A DNA stretch of 64,000 nucleotides from Lepidodermella squamata (Eukaryota > Animalia > Gastrotricha): contig JBLDXI010000064.1 in NCBI GenBank assembly GCA_047495785.1, positions 310,001-374,000 of the forward strand, in the 5' to 3' direction. A model generated the notes under the pieces. It ran no database searches, was not told where the DNA came from, and was given only the letters and a program-made list of their open reading frames with translations. Numbering within the stretch: the stretch's first letter is position 1; each line of letters opens with the position of its first letter. Position numbers and translations under genes: made by a program. This document shows, in pieces, positions 52,506 to 64,000 of the stretch.

Positions 52506-55496
52506 TCAGATATCATTAGGGAATATTTCCTCGACCATGAAGTAACTCGTTCCTCCCAGTCCGATTCCTAAGGAAAGGAAATCCGGAAAATATGTTCAAT
52601 ATCTAATGAAATTGCATTATAGCTCACCGCTGTTGTACATCATCCCTGGATAAGCATTTGATTTGACCGCGTATTGAATTGTGAGAGTTACTTGGCCTGA
52701 AGCAACTGGCATCTTGCAGATACCCTCAACTGGAAATTCACAATGAAATTCGAGAAAAAATGCAGCAAAATCAAGTACCGTAACCCGGTCGACCGATGTG
52801 AACCCCGTGATACCCATTCCAAAACACCATTGAAGTTTCGATCTGCGTTGGATCGGTGCACTCTTTGCCATTTATACGAATGAACCTTGGAAAAAGCTAT
52901 CAACTACGGCAATCATTTGGAAAATCCTCTAGTTCACCATTTTAGCTGCTCAGACCAAGACGGGCTAATCGCAAGGGTCCCCATAAACATACCAGTGTAC
53001 CATTTCACATGGATTGATGATGTGTCTTGCAGTTTTGTCCAGACGAAAATCTAGAAAATGTAACAAATTACCATCTGAAGGAATTTTCGTTCAAATATAT
53101 GCCTTAAGGGGTGTATTTGCACATGGTTGAGTCGAACAGCTACTGCTACAGCTTCCACTGTAACGACACGAGTCCTTGAAACTGAAATACTGCCTGTTGT
53201 AGTAGGGCAGATCGGCCATAGTTCCATCCGATAGCAATAAGCCATTTGTCGGTAACAACTCGTTGATTTCTTCGACGAAAATCTGAGAAGGCTGGCCGTT
53301 GCCAAGGTTTACTTCGATGTATGAAGCATTGTCGACGCCGTAAGAAATGCAGTTCTGATCGACCATGATGTTGATGTCGTATTTGCCAACTGGAAGATTC
53401 CTGCAAACTCCGTCAACTTGGATCGAAAAATAAAAGACAGTAATTGAGAGTAGGGATCAAATTTTCATTGCGAGGTTGAGGGTTCAATTATTTTTTCGAT
53501 CGGGATAGGGGGGTGGGGGGGGGGGGGGGTTCAGTTTTGAAATGTTCAAAACACTGCGCGAAGTAGAATCCTGGAACTAGGGGGTATTTTCGGGCACCCT
53601 TTTTCGGTTTTCCAATTCAATTCGAGCTGATTTTGATTTTAAATCTTTAATTGCCGCTTACGATTGAAAGTTGTCGCGCCAACCGCCATTCGCCCAGCCG
53701 TGTAGTTGGCATCTTGAGCCTGGTACAGCGTGTGCTCAATCGGAAACGGATCCGCGCATTGGCGGCCGTTGATGAGCGCGAAAAATCGAATGCATCGCTT
53801 GTAGACATCGAACATCACCTTGGCGTGCCAGTAGATGCGCAACAACGAAGTAGCACTTCGCTTCTTATATTTCAGAATTTGCTGAAAGAAACATTTCAAA
53901 ATGGAATTAGGGCGATGTGGGTTTGTCTTACGTAGGGAAGTTGCCTTTCTCCTGTTGTATACGGCACCGACTCTTGAAATTGATCTGAAACAGTATTGAA
54001 TACTGTCGAAGATCGACAAATCGCAGCATCATCTGACGGTGAAATGGGAGCATTGTGCAAACAATAAATATAAATTGAAAGGCATTGTTCAAACCTGTTT
54101 TGAAAAGATAACTAGCAGGTATGAATTCTTCGAAGTAAATGAAGCTCGGTGTAGGGTAGGAATTCATGACAACTCCAATCGAGACGGCCATGCGCTGAAC
54201 GAGCTCCCGCCGCAAGGACACGCCGTACGAACGATCACCACGCGGCACCTCGTTAAATGTACACAGCATTTCGCCTATATGCCATAGCGTTAAAGTGTGT
54301 TCTAATATCGTGCTTTGACTTACCCCCCACGGCAACGCCAGCATCTGCGCTGTAGCCAGGATTTTTCATATCGCGACCGATGTGGTGTGTGAGGCTGATA
54401 TTTAGCCAATTTCGAAACTGGGTTTGATGTTAGGTAATGTGTTCCTACCCTTTCTCGCCCATGCACAAATTGCCGTTTAGAGTCACGTCAACGTAAGCCA
54501 CTTCTTTTCCGCAACAACTCTGTTCCCATATATACCTTTAGATTAATGAAGGCTCAATCATTCTATCAGAACGATATCAAGCGCTTACCATGTGAAGCTC
54601 ATTGATACTCGAACGTGAGTGAAATCGTGTAGCTTTTTCCAAGTTCCTTGCTGTTTTTAAGTAAATATCCAGCAATTTTATGAGCTGCCGAATAATTTTC
54701 TTTATCGTTCACTTTTTATTCCAGCACGGAAAATGGAAAATCATAAAAATTGGACGCGCAATATTGGAAATTGAGGGAAAAGGGATACCTCAGCGAATGA
54801 TTGCATGACCTTGATAATATTGATTAAGCTACGATCTCACCTTGAAGTTCGGTATGGCTGTATAACCGCTGATATTTCGCGAGAACTGCGTGAAATGAAC
54901 CCTGCGCGGATATTCAACACAGCCGTTTTCTTCGCCTGTAAATCGAATACATGTTATGCTTGTTTGGAAAATATCTCGGTTTCCTCCGTACCAGCGCAAT
55001 ACGACTTTGACCCAACGCAGTCCTGAACACAAACTGGAGTGATCGCGTTTGGGTCACTTGTCGATGGGACCAGGCAAAAGTTATCGCAATCCTGCACGCC
55101 ATTGCGGCGATCGGTCACGCCCTCGTCGAAATTCATCGCCGAGATGAGAACGCCCCGCATCAGGGCAGAAACGCTGCTCGAATGTTCTGACCTATCGAAA
55201 TCTCGCGCTTGGACCTTGGTGGCTCGCATCAGGATGCAGGTGCGGTTGTACGGCTCGAAGAAGGCTGTTCGACACGGCGGGTTGGCCGAGGACAGGCATC
55301 GCGTGGCACAGCTCGATTGGTCCTTAGTTGTGAGTTGAGGCTGGATAATGTAACGCCCGAGGGCGACGTCCATCATGTCAAGGGTGATGAAAGATTCCGA
55401 GGTCTGTATCATGCGCGTGCATTTGCCTCGGAATATCATCTCGCCCACAGCTGGAATTGTCCATAGTGCAAAGACAAAAGCTAGGTTTGCAATCAT
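52506..55496 (-). CDS. Secreted PAN/Apple + 3x CTHRC1-C-terminal-like domain protein (~13 exons)
   Basis: Signal peptide; PAN motif CATRC...CRTAFF...C. Three repeats of the pattern K-x-x-x-x-S-x-x-x-[IV]...NGxxCxxPxxIE...[DE]GxC...SxxxVEE as in CTHRC1 (first repeat weakest). Ends EEIFPNDI*. Confidence 0.72.
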
Positions 55497-56432
55497 TTTT
55501 TCGTGTCAAATTTTGTGATACTGCCCGTAACGAAAATGTAACATCGGCGCGTAGACAAATCAAAAACCGGCGCTATTGACGAGGGCGCGATAAATTATTG
55601 AGAACACGTAGCGTCGCGCTGTCAAAAACACACTATCTCTTTTTTGTATTTTGAATTGATAACCCAAGTACTGCAATCAAGAATTCTCCTTCCGCCGTAA
55701 TCCGACTTGTTAATAAATTAAAGATTCAGCCTAGACATCTCAAGCTTGTCTGAAGCTCAGACATCGAAACTGGCAAGTGACCTGGACATCTTCAATTGTC
55801 TCGCGGCAGTTCGACCGGTAAGGTCGATTTAGCTCTTTCATCTCTTTCATTCCTTCGTCATGTAATAAAGGAATTCGCTGTTTGGAGAGCGAGCGCGGCC
55901 GCTCGGTCAGGGTTATGGCACGACTTGAGAAACGCAATCTTAAATATGAAACGATAATCAATTTCTACCAGGGATATGAACGCTAAAACGTCAGATCAAA
56001 TCGAAGATCGAAAGAATACTACTTTCTAGTGGCGCCTCTTTTGATCCTGGATCAAATTTTTCGCATTAATTATTTACAGGGTATGTACTCGAGCGGAAAT
56101 ATATGGAAAACAAGCATCCGATTGTCTCATCGGAGATCGGCCGGTAAGCTTATTGATTAATCAATCAATGTTTAATGTTTCAATGTTGCTTGGGGTTCAT
56201 CCCCACCGGGCAGTCGAAGTTGCAGGAAGCAACGCGTTCAGGCTGGTAACAGCTGGCTCTCATACTCTCCAAACTGCAGGAAAGATTCAACAGGTCAACG
56301 CTTGTCTAGCATTACATCTCTGGCTAAGATTTATTATTCAGTAAAATTGAACTCGTGTTCTTTACTGAAATCATCTTTCGCTTCCTGACAGTAATAACTA
56401 GATCGAAGCGCTTGGTGGGGAAGTGAGTGATT

Positions 56433-59400
56433 TCAACATTTGGACGACTTTGCCCTAATTGCACCTCGCGATACCAGCAGATCGATAGCAACTAGTCTGT
56501 CAAGACAAATGGCAAGATCCAGAGCTGTCCGGCCACTGTCATCTTTGAAATCCATATCTGCCCCCGCATCCAGCAGAAACGGAACAGCGCTGACCTGACC
56601 AACGAAAACCGCTTGCATCACTGCCGTCCTGCCGCTGTTGTTCGTGGCGTCGATGGCCGCGTTGCGATCCAGCAACAGCTGTATTTTTCTTACGTCCCCA
56701 AGCATAGTAGCTTGTATTAATGCGGTCGCACCGTCGTTATCCTTCGCCTCTATCGAAGCGTTTCTATCTAGTAAAAGGCGTAAAGCATCGATATTTCCGT
56801 ACGAAGCCGCATGTATCAACGCCGTGTATCCCTTGTTGTCTCTTGCCTCCTTGGCGGCGTTTCGATCCAGTAGAAGTCTTACAGCGCCGGTTTTTCCTTT
56901 ACTAGCCCCGCGCATCAATGCCGTGATTCCGTTTTTGTCCTTAGCTTCGATAGCAGCGTTGCGATCCAGTAACAGTCGAACTGTCTCGATGTCTCCATTT
57001 CCAACCGAATGAATCAACGGCGTTGAGCCTTCCACATCCTTGGCCTCGATTGAAGCGTTCCGATCTAGCAACAGGCGAGCTACTCTGACTTGCCCATTTT
57101 CAGCTGCGTGAATTAGCGCTGTACAGCCACTCTCATCTTTGCCATCGATGGCGGCGTTGCGATCCAGCAAAAATCGAGCTGCTTCGACATCCCCATTAAT
57201 AGCCGCTGCCATCAACGCCGTCCTGCCATAGGTACCCTCCTTGGCATTCACATCAGCCCCGCGATCCAACAACAGCCTAGTAATTTCCAGCTGCACGTCC
57301 GACTTTCGACTAGTGCATAGCCAGACACTGTATAACAGGGTGCTATTTTTTGTAGTCGACCTATCGCAGTACGATACTTTTGGGTTGCGCCAATTTGGAT
57401 CGAACTTGCCACCAGTGGAATCGTCAATGTCCGAAACTAGTTGCCGAACTTGTGCCACGTCGCTCGTGTTCGATGTGACGTTCCACAAACGTTCGTACAA
57501 TTCTTGGACCTGGAGAAAGGCATTACAAGCTTTTAGATTTCTCGACTGTGGGTTAGGATAACGTAGTGATCTATGTGAAAATTTTAAAGTGTGAAGTAGA
57601 AAGCATCAGATACAGAAATTGGGGTGCTCAACAGTGGGCGAAGTAAGGGGGAATGGGCGGTATCGTACCAAAGGGGAGACACTCCTTAGATAGAGCAAAA
57701 AACAAACAAGATTATAGCATTTTTCTCGGAATTTTCGGCGTAAAATATAATATAATAAAATAACCATCTCATTCGATAGAGAAGCGCTTCTAGTAATTCG
57801 GAATAAAATTTGGAATTAGTGAGAAATGGAAGTTTTTCTCTGGGAATTTTAGAAAGTAATCAAAATTCGGAAAAATTACCATTGGCGAATAGGGAGATGA
57901 GTGAATTAAAATGGAGGTCGCAAGCCCACTTATTAACGTTTTGGTGTGAATTTTATTTACTATAGGTAGATCGCTAGTTTCAGATCTGTATGGACATTGT
58001 GGAACCGCTGGTAAGTTGAACTGTGGCGCGCACGCTGATTGGTCAATTTATCGTTGCTAATGACTCCGGAATGAAACAATTTAGTCGTGCGATCCACTAA
58101 TAAATGATTTTATATTTATGCAAAAGATGACCTTGCCACACCCACTGCACGGTTTCCATTGACCACGAGCGTTAACTCCATATTAATGGTGGTAAATTGC
58201 TGCGGCAAAAAACACTTGTTGCAAAAAATCTTATGGCTCGCACGACCAACATGTTTCCAACCAATAAAAAGAAAACTTACAGGTAGCCTAGTCACGCAGG
58301 AACCTGGTCGGGACCAAGTGAAGTTCGAGAGGCACACTATGGAGGCATTCCCTCGAATCACAAATTCCTGGTTGCAGGATATATTTCGGGTAGATCCGAT
58401 GCTCGAGAGACCGGGGGATACGTTGCCGTTTCGTATCGGGCCAACAGCACCACAGCCTTGACTGAATGCTTTAGATAAGGCGAGGGAACACAAAATTTAC
58501 CTACTTGTAGGGTTACACTTCCCATTTATCACTGGACTGAAAGGAGGCAAGCAAGAGGCAGTCGAAACTGAGGCAGAGTAGGCAAAACCTGGGTTGCATT
58601 TGACACTCACCACGCCTCCTCTTTCCACCACTGAACCTGGCTTCAGAACAACGCCGGTATCTTCCAAAGTTTCTGGGTCCATCTGGGTAACGAACCCCGC
58701 TGTTACGTTTGGTACAAGACAAGAAGTCGTCTCGCTGCGAACATCCGTGTAGTTCGAAATCCAATCGAGAACCTTGCAGACCCTGCTGTAGATCCCGGGA
58801 GTGTATCCATTGCACGAATCGTCACCATTCGAGATTATGCCAAGTAGGAAAGTTTTCCTCGACTTCGAGCACATGAGAGGACCCCCAGAATCTCCGAAGC
58901 AAACATCGCTGCCATCGGCGGCTAAACACATTTTCGAATCGGTGATGTTGACTGGATTAGAACGGTCGCGAGAATACTCCATCGAGCAATTTCGGTAAGA
59001 TCGTACTTGAAGATTGAGCTTCCTCGGGATCTCGGATATTCTAGCTGAAATGCACAAATGCAATACAGCTAAAGGTTTGGGGCCTTGGCCAGAACAGTTT
59101 CTCGTTTTTGAAAATGGAGGGGGGAAGCGTTTGCCCTGCTTCTATTTGAGTCTAAGCCTCTATTTGAGATTGTGCATCATCCTTTTTCATGTTTCAACAA
59201 ATACCTAATTGCTAACGAACCCACACCGCTCATGAGACGTACTATAGGACGCCGCGGCTTCGAAGCTCCCATTACATGACCCCGCGGCTGCCACCCACTG
59301 TGCATAATTATTCTGAGCATAATTTTCACTCCAGTAATTTCGAAATAAAAAAAAATTTAATTTATAAAATTTTAATTTTTTAAATGTCAATAATTAAAAA

Positions 59401-61151
59401 CTGCTGAGAATTCATTTACAGCAAAAGATCGGCCAGACGCTGTGTAAAGATGTGTTGATCTCGTTGATCTTAAGCAAAAAAAGAGGCTTGAGAGGATTGC
59501 AAAAAGTGTAATGAGATGATTCATTGGTCGAGTTGGACTTTGGACCTCATTAAAAATATCAAGCTTTTTCTGATTCTACGCATGCCGCGGCGTCGTATAT
59601 TACGTCTCAAGACACCGCTAAGTCTAATTAATAAGGAATAATTCGTATTTGAAGTTTAAAACCACACCATGGTCATCATAGTTCTGATCAGTCCTCCGAT
59701 TTTATTTCGTGACTCGAAAGTGTCTGCCACTGGGAAGAAATTGTAAAAGGGTGCATATGCCAATTTGGATCTTTTGATTTTTTCGCTAAGCTGTTTCCAT
59801 TGGTTCGAAGTTCGCAAAAACTAGTTAATACGCGATTAAAAAATCATGTCATTTCCTAGAGCGTAAAGCCTGCAGTCTTCGATGCTGTTATACAGTAGTA
59901 AGGTCTTTTATATACAGTGCTCCCTCGATAACTGTATGTAAATCCAAGGGATTGACATACTGTATGCGAATTGACCCCAGCCAGCTGCGATCCCCGAATC
60001 ACATCCGTCGATCGCATTCGCTATATGTGAGTTCGCTCGGCACATGGTTCTCGGGTCTGGTAAACAAATTGGCCTGATCTGCTGCGAGAACGCCGGGACT
60101 GGGCTCGTCAATCGCAAGAGAGCGAAATCAAAGTCAAAGAAATTCTGACTTCCCTTGTATAGCGGATGAACCAAAGGTGGCAGAGACACGAGAGATTCGC
60201 GAGAAGCTATTTCTGACTGGACACTAATGTTATGGCGCCCGAGCAACGCTTTAATCCTGTAAGAACACGGAATTGCCTTCATCGGATAGTAAAGTGAAAA
60301 TCAAAAGCTACGCACGGTCAGGAATTTGTTGGGTTGAAAATTGAAATATCTCACACGCGCCCGAATTATTTTTAGCTCCAAGCTTGGGTTAAGCTTAGCT
60401 AAAAATAAAAAGTGTAACTCGGAAAGACCAAAAAAATTTATTAGTCTTAAAAATATGAATATTCATAAGGTGCTAATTAATATTCCGAAGCCCTCAAAGT
60501 TGTTAATCTGGTCAGGAAAATTATGGATAAATAATGTTTGATTTTTTGTAACCTCACTTTAAGTGCTCAAATTTTTCTGCAATTTTTGGCAATCAACTAA
60601 GAATGTCCTAGTTTCATGACATCTCATGAATATATTCATATTATTGAAACTATCCCCCTTTCTTTGGAGCTATTTTTGGAGATCTTTTGCTGGGGATAAG
60701 CAGCCTCATTTCGCACGTGCGAAAAATGTCAACTAGCATCGCCTCATTTCCACCGTGCGGATCTGTTGACTGTCACTGCTGTAAAAACAGTTCGAAGACT
60801 CACAAGATAGGGGTGGTTCCGGAATTCCAAACACAATGAGCAGCTGTTATCAGCCATTGACTCGAGATTAGGGACGCCCCGCAATTTGAGGCAGACGTAT
60901 CAAGCCTGTTATAGATTTCAAGCAAGACCTTGAACATATTAATTTTTCGGTTGTGTGAAGCGAATTCAAATTAGGCTAACCAGCCACGGGTAAGCATGTG
61001 CTTCTGCAGGGTGACTGCCTGGGCCTCTTGATTTCGCTTCAGTAGGTCCTGCATTCGAGTAGTTCACGTTCACAGTCCCGCATTCGAAATCCTGAGCAAC
61101 AGCAACTCCAGAAATCAAAGCTAGAAGATAGGTAGCCGTAAGTAAGCGCAT
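56433..61151 (-). CDS. Secreted trypsin-like serine protease - CCP - CCP - ankyrin repeat (~9) fusion, 6 exons
   Basis: Signal peptide MRLLTATYLLALISGVAVA; triad TAAHC, DFALL, GDSGGP; two sushi-like domains. Phase-0 splice from 58281 to 57509 into the ankyrin exon. Confidence 0.82.
59231..59611. mobile_element. hAT-type MITE (381 bp), intronic
   Basis: 28-bp imperfect TIRs CA/TTGAGACGTA...GACGCCGCGGC; 8-bp TSD ACACCGCT (59223-59230; 59612-59619). Confidence 0.9.
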
Positions 61152-61355
61152 TGCAAGATGTTAGATGAAAGCTGAACTACAGCATGAAGAATAAAGATTA
61201 TCTGTAGTAGAATTATTCTCCATACTAAAAAAACTGTCAACACATTTCTATCTGTATCTTATATAAATATAATAGAGTTAAAACAAGTGAAAACACGTAA
61301 CACGAAGCATTCATCAATTCATGTTGCATGTTGAGCTCTCCTTAAGAAATTTGTA

Positions 61356-63902
61356 ATGCGTCTACTTATAGCTGCCAATCTTCTCGTGCTAATTTCCGGA
61401 GTTGCTATTGTTGCTCAGGATCTTGGCTGCGGAACTGTGGTACCGATGATAATGCCTAAAATAAGTGGCCCTGGCAGTCACCCGACAGGACCGCATGAAT
61501 ACCCTTGGCTGGTTTGTTCAGTTCAAATTGTTTTCACCTAACCTAGAACGGAAGCTTGTTCAAGGTTATGCTGGAGATTTACTTCAGCCAGTCAGTCTCC
61601 TACTGCGGAGCAACTCTCATCTCGAGGCAATGGCTGGTAACTGCTGCTCGTTGCGTTTCGACTGCCGAAGGCACCCCTGTTTTGTATTTTTCTTCGCTAT
61701 TTCCCTCTAATAAGATAGTTGAAAGTTGTTTTGATGTGTACAGAATCAAAGCGATGCTAGGGCGCTATAACATTAGCGTTCGTTCAGAGAAAGCCTCTCG
61801 CGAATTACTCGTGGCTGTGCCGCCTTTGGTTCATCCGCTATACAACGGCAGTCAGAATGATTACGACTTCGCTCTCTTGCAATTAATGAGCCCTCTTCTG
61901 AAATTCTCGCATGAGATCAAACCGATTTGCTTACCAGACGTAGTTACCATGTGCCGAGCGAACTCATTTACAGCAAATACGATCGACGGATGCGATTCGG
62001 CAGTAGCAGTTGGCTGGCGGCATATTGCGCAAAGTAGGTCATTCTCTTGCCAATAAGGGCCCGTTCTCAGAGTGCGATCACGGAGTTGCCAGGGATGGAC
62101 AGGGATTTTTGTCCATCTCTGGCTTCAAGAACACAATATCGTCTTAACGCGAATATCCTATTTTTCGTTGTGTTCCGAGAGCTCGAACAAATCTTTCAGC
62201 GATTATGAGCTGGCGTGCGCCGATTTAGGGTGTGAACTTTCACCCGAATTGATCCACTTCGATCATAAATTGCTAGATATTGCAAGCTTAGACTCAAAAT
62301 GTATTGCGGTGATTCTGAAAAATCTCAAATAAATGGAAAAAAGTTCAAAAATTATTTCTATTCTCAAAAACTGCTGGAGGAGATACTCGCCTTGATCGGC
62401 GAAGTTTCCCTTGCCTTTTCGAGATAAAAAGACGAGAGGGTCAAATTTCCTGGGCGAAATTAAATAATAAGATCAATAAAAATTGAATAAGATTATATCT
62501 TATATCACTGGGCATTGATGCATTTCAGCTAGAATATCCGAAATTCCGAGGAAGCTGGACCTTCAAGTACGATCTTACAAAAATTGCTCGATGGAGTATT
62601 CTCGCGGCCTCTCTGATCCAGTCAACATCACCGATTCGAAAATGTGTTTAGCCGCCGATGGCAGCGATGTTTGCTTCGGAGATTCTGGGGGTCCTCTCAT
62701 GTGCTCGAAGTCGAGGAAAACTTTCCTACTAGGCATAATTTCGAATGGTGATGATGATTCGTGCAATGGATCCACGCCTGGGATGTACAGCAGAGTTTGC
62801 AAGGTTCTCGATTGGATCACGGAAAACACAGATGTTGGCGGCCAGACGACTACTTGTATTGTCCCTACCGTAACAGCAGGATTTGTAACGCGAGTGGACC
62901 AAGAAACTTCGGAAGATACCGGCGTAGTTCTGAAGCCAGGATCAGTGGTGGAAAGAGGCGGGTCCGTGAGTGTCAAATGCAACCCCGGTTATGCCTACTC
63001 TGCCTTTGTGTCAACCGCCTCTTGCTTGCCTCCATTCCGCCCAGCGATAGCTGGCAGGTGCAACCCTACAAGTAAGTGAATGTTGTATTTAAAGCATTAT
63101 CTAAAGCATTCAGTCAAGGCTGCGATGCTGTTGGCACAATACAAAATGGCAACATATCTCCTGGTCTGTCGAGCGTCGGAGCTACCCGAAACATATCCTG
63201 CAATCAGGAATTTGTGATTCGAGGAAATGCTTCAATAGTGTGCCTCTCAAACTTCACTTGGTCCCGACCAGGTTCCTGTGTGACTAGGCTACCTGTAAGT
63301 TTTCTATTTATTTCAAGCTTTCAACTACAAGACCTTATGTCTCGATTATTCTATTAGCCATTTGAGAGGTTTCATTTAGGGGAATTTATTGAGGGAACTT
63401 CTACTACATTTAGATCCGTGAAGTGTACGCAGAATTGTGGAATCTAACAGCCGAGACGGACGACGTGGCGCAGGTTCGGCAACTAGTTTCGGAGATTGAC
63501 GATTCCACTGGTGGCAAGTTCGATCCAAATTGGCGCAACCCAAATGTATCACATTGCGATAAGTCGACTACAAAGAACAGCACCCTGTTATACAGTGTCT
63601 GGCTGTGTTCTGGTCGAGAATCAGACGCGCAGCTGGAAATTGCTCGGCTGCTGTTGGATCGCGGAGCTGATGTGAATGCCAAGGAGGGAAGCTACGGCAT
63701 GACGCCGTTGATTGCAGCGGCTAATAACGGGGATCTCGATGGAGCTCGACTGTTGCTGGATCGCAACGCTGCCATCGAGGCCACTAGTAGCGATGGCTTC
63801 ACTGCGTTGATATATGCCGCTGCATTTGGGAAAGTCGAGATGGTTCGCCTGTTGCTGGATGGTTGCGCACCAAAGGTCCCACAGGGACGGAGTCCCCAAT
63901 AA
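61356..63902 (+). CDS. Inactive protease homologue - CCP - CCP - ankyrin; ankyrin array interrupted at ~63860
   Basis: Same exon structure as 56433..61151. TAARC in place of TAAHC. Phase-0 splice from 63294 to 63414 into the ankyrin exon. Homology stops after LLLD. Confidence 0.75.
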
Positions 63903-64000
63903 GCGATAGAGTACGGCGCATCAGCTACTGCTGATGCGGAAGGGGTTATAGGAAATTTTGGGGAAACTCCTAGGGAAACTCCTGTGATAGCTGTAAAATT

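Noticed and set aside
53501-53529. G-run with G-quadruplex potential
   Set aside because: Simple intronic homopolymer within a probable repeat remnant; its length is unreliable.
56638-57561. Plus-strand ORFs over the ankyrin exon (and similar antisense or alternative-frame ORFs over the channel and GPCR genes)
   Set aside because: Shadow ORFs of real coding sequence.
57632-57932. Possible CAGTGGGC...GCCCACT TIR element
   Set aside because: The inverted match is too short and no TSD was seen.

Overview
Eukaryotic genomic DNA from an invertebrate animal with short introns, mostly about 45-60 nt. No prokaryotic features, rRNA or CRISPR were seen. The window is a cluster of duplicated, domain-shuffled secreted and receptor genes, and all multi-exon models were spliced by hand. 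(1) A family of secreted proteins is built from an unrecognised ~40-45 aa four-cysteine module (~50 copies) joined to C-type lectin, EGF or LamG domains: five genes (one with a premature stop) plus two fragments. (2) Two intronless Cys-loop ion-channel genes carry two N-terminal LamG/pentraxin-like domains and a mucin stalk; their channel parts are near-identical and their heads diverge. (3) Three tandem orphan class-A GPCRs plus a fragment. (4) A PAN/Apple + 3x CTHRC1-like gene. (5) Three copies of a signal peptide-trypsin-CCP-CCP-ankyrin gene: one intact, one His->Arg and interrupted, one pseudogene. (6) An intact 3.4-kb hAT transposon and several MITEs. The best candidates for undescribed systems are the LamG-headed Cys-loop channels, the secreted protease-ankyrin fusions and the four-Cys module family. 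Novelty could not be checked against databases.
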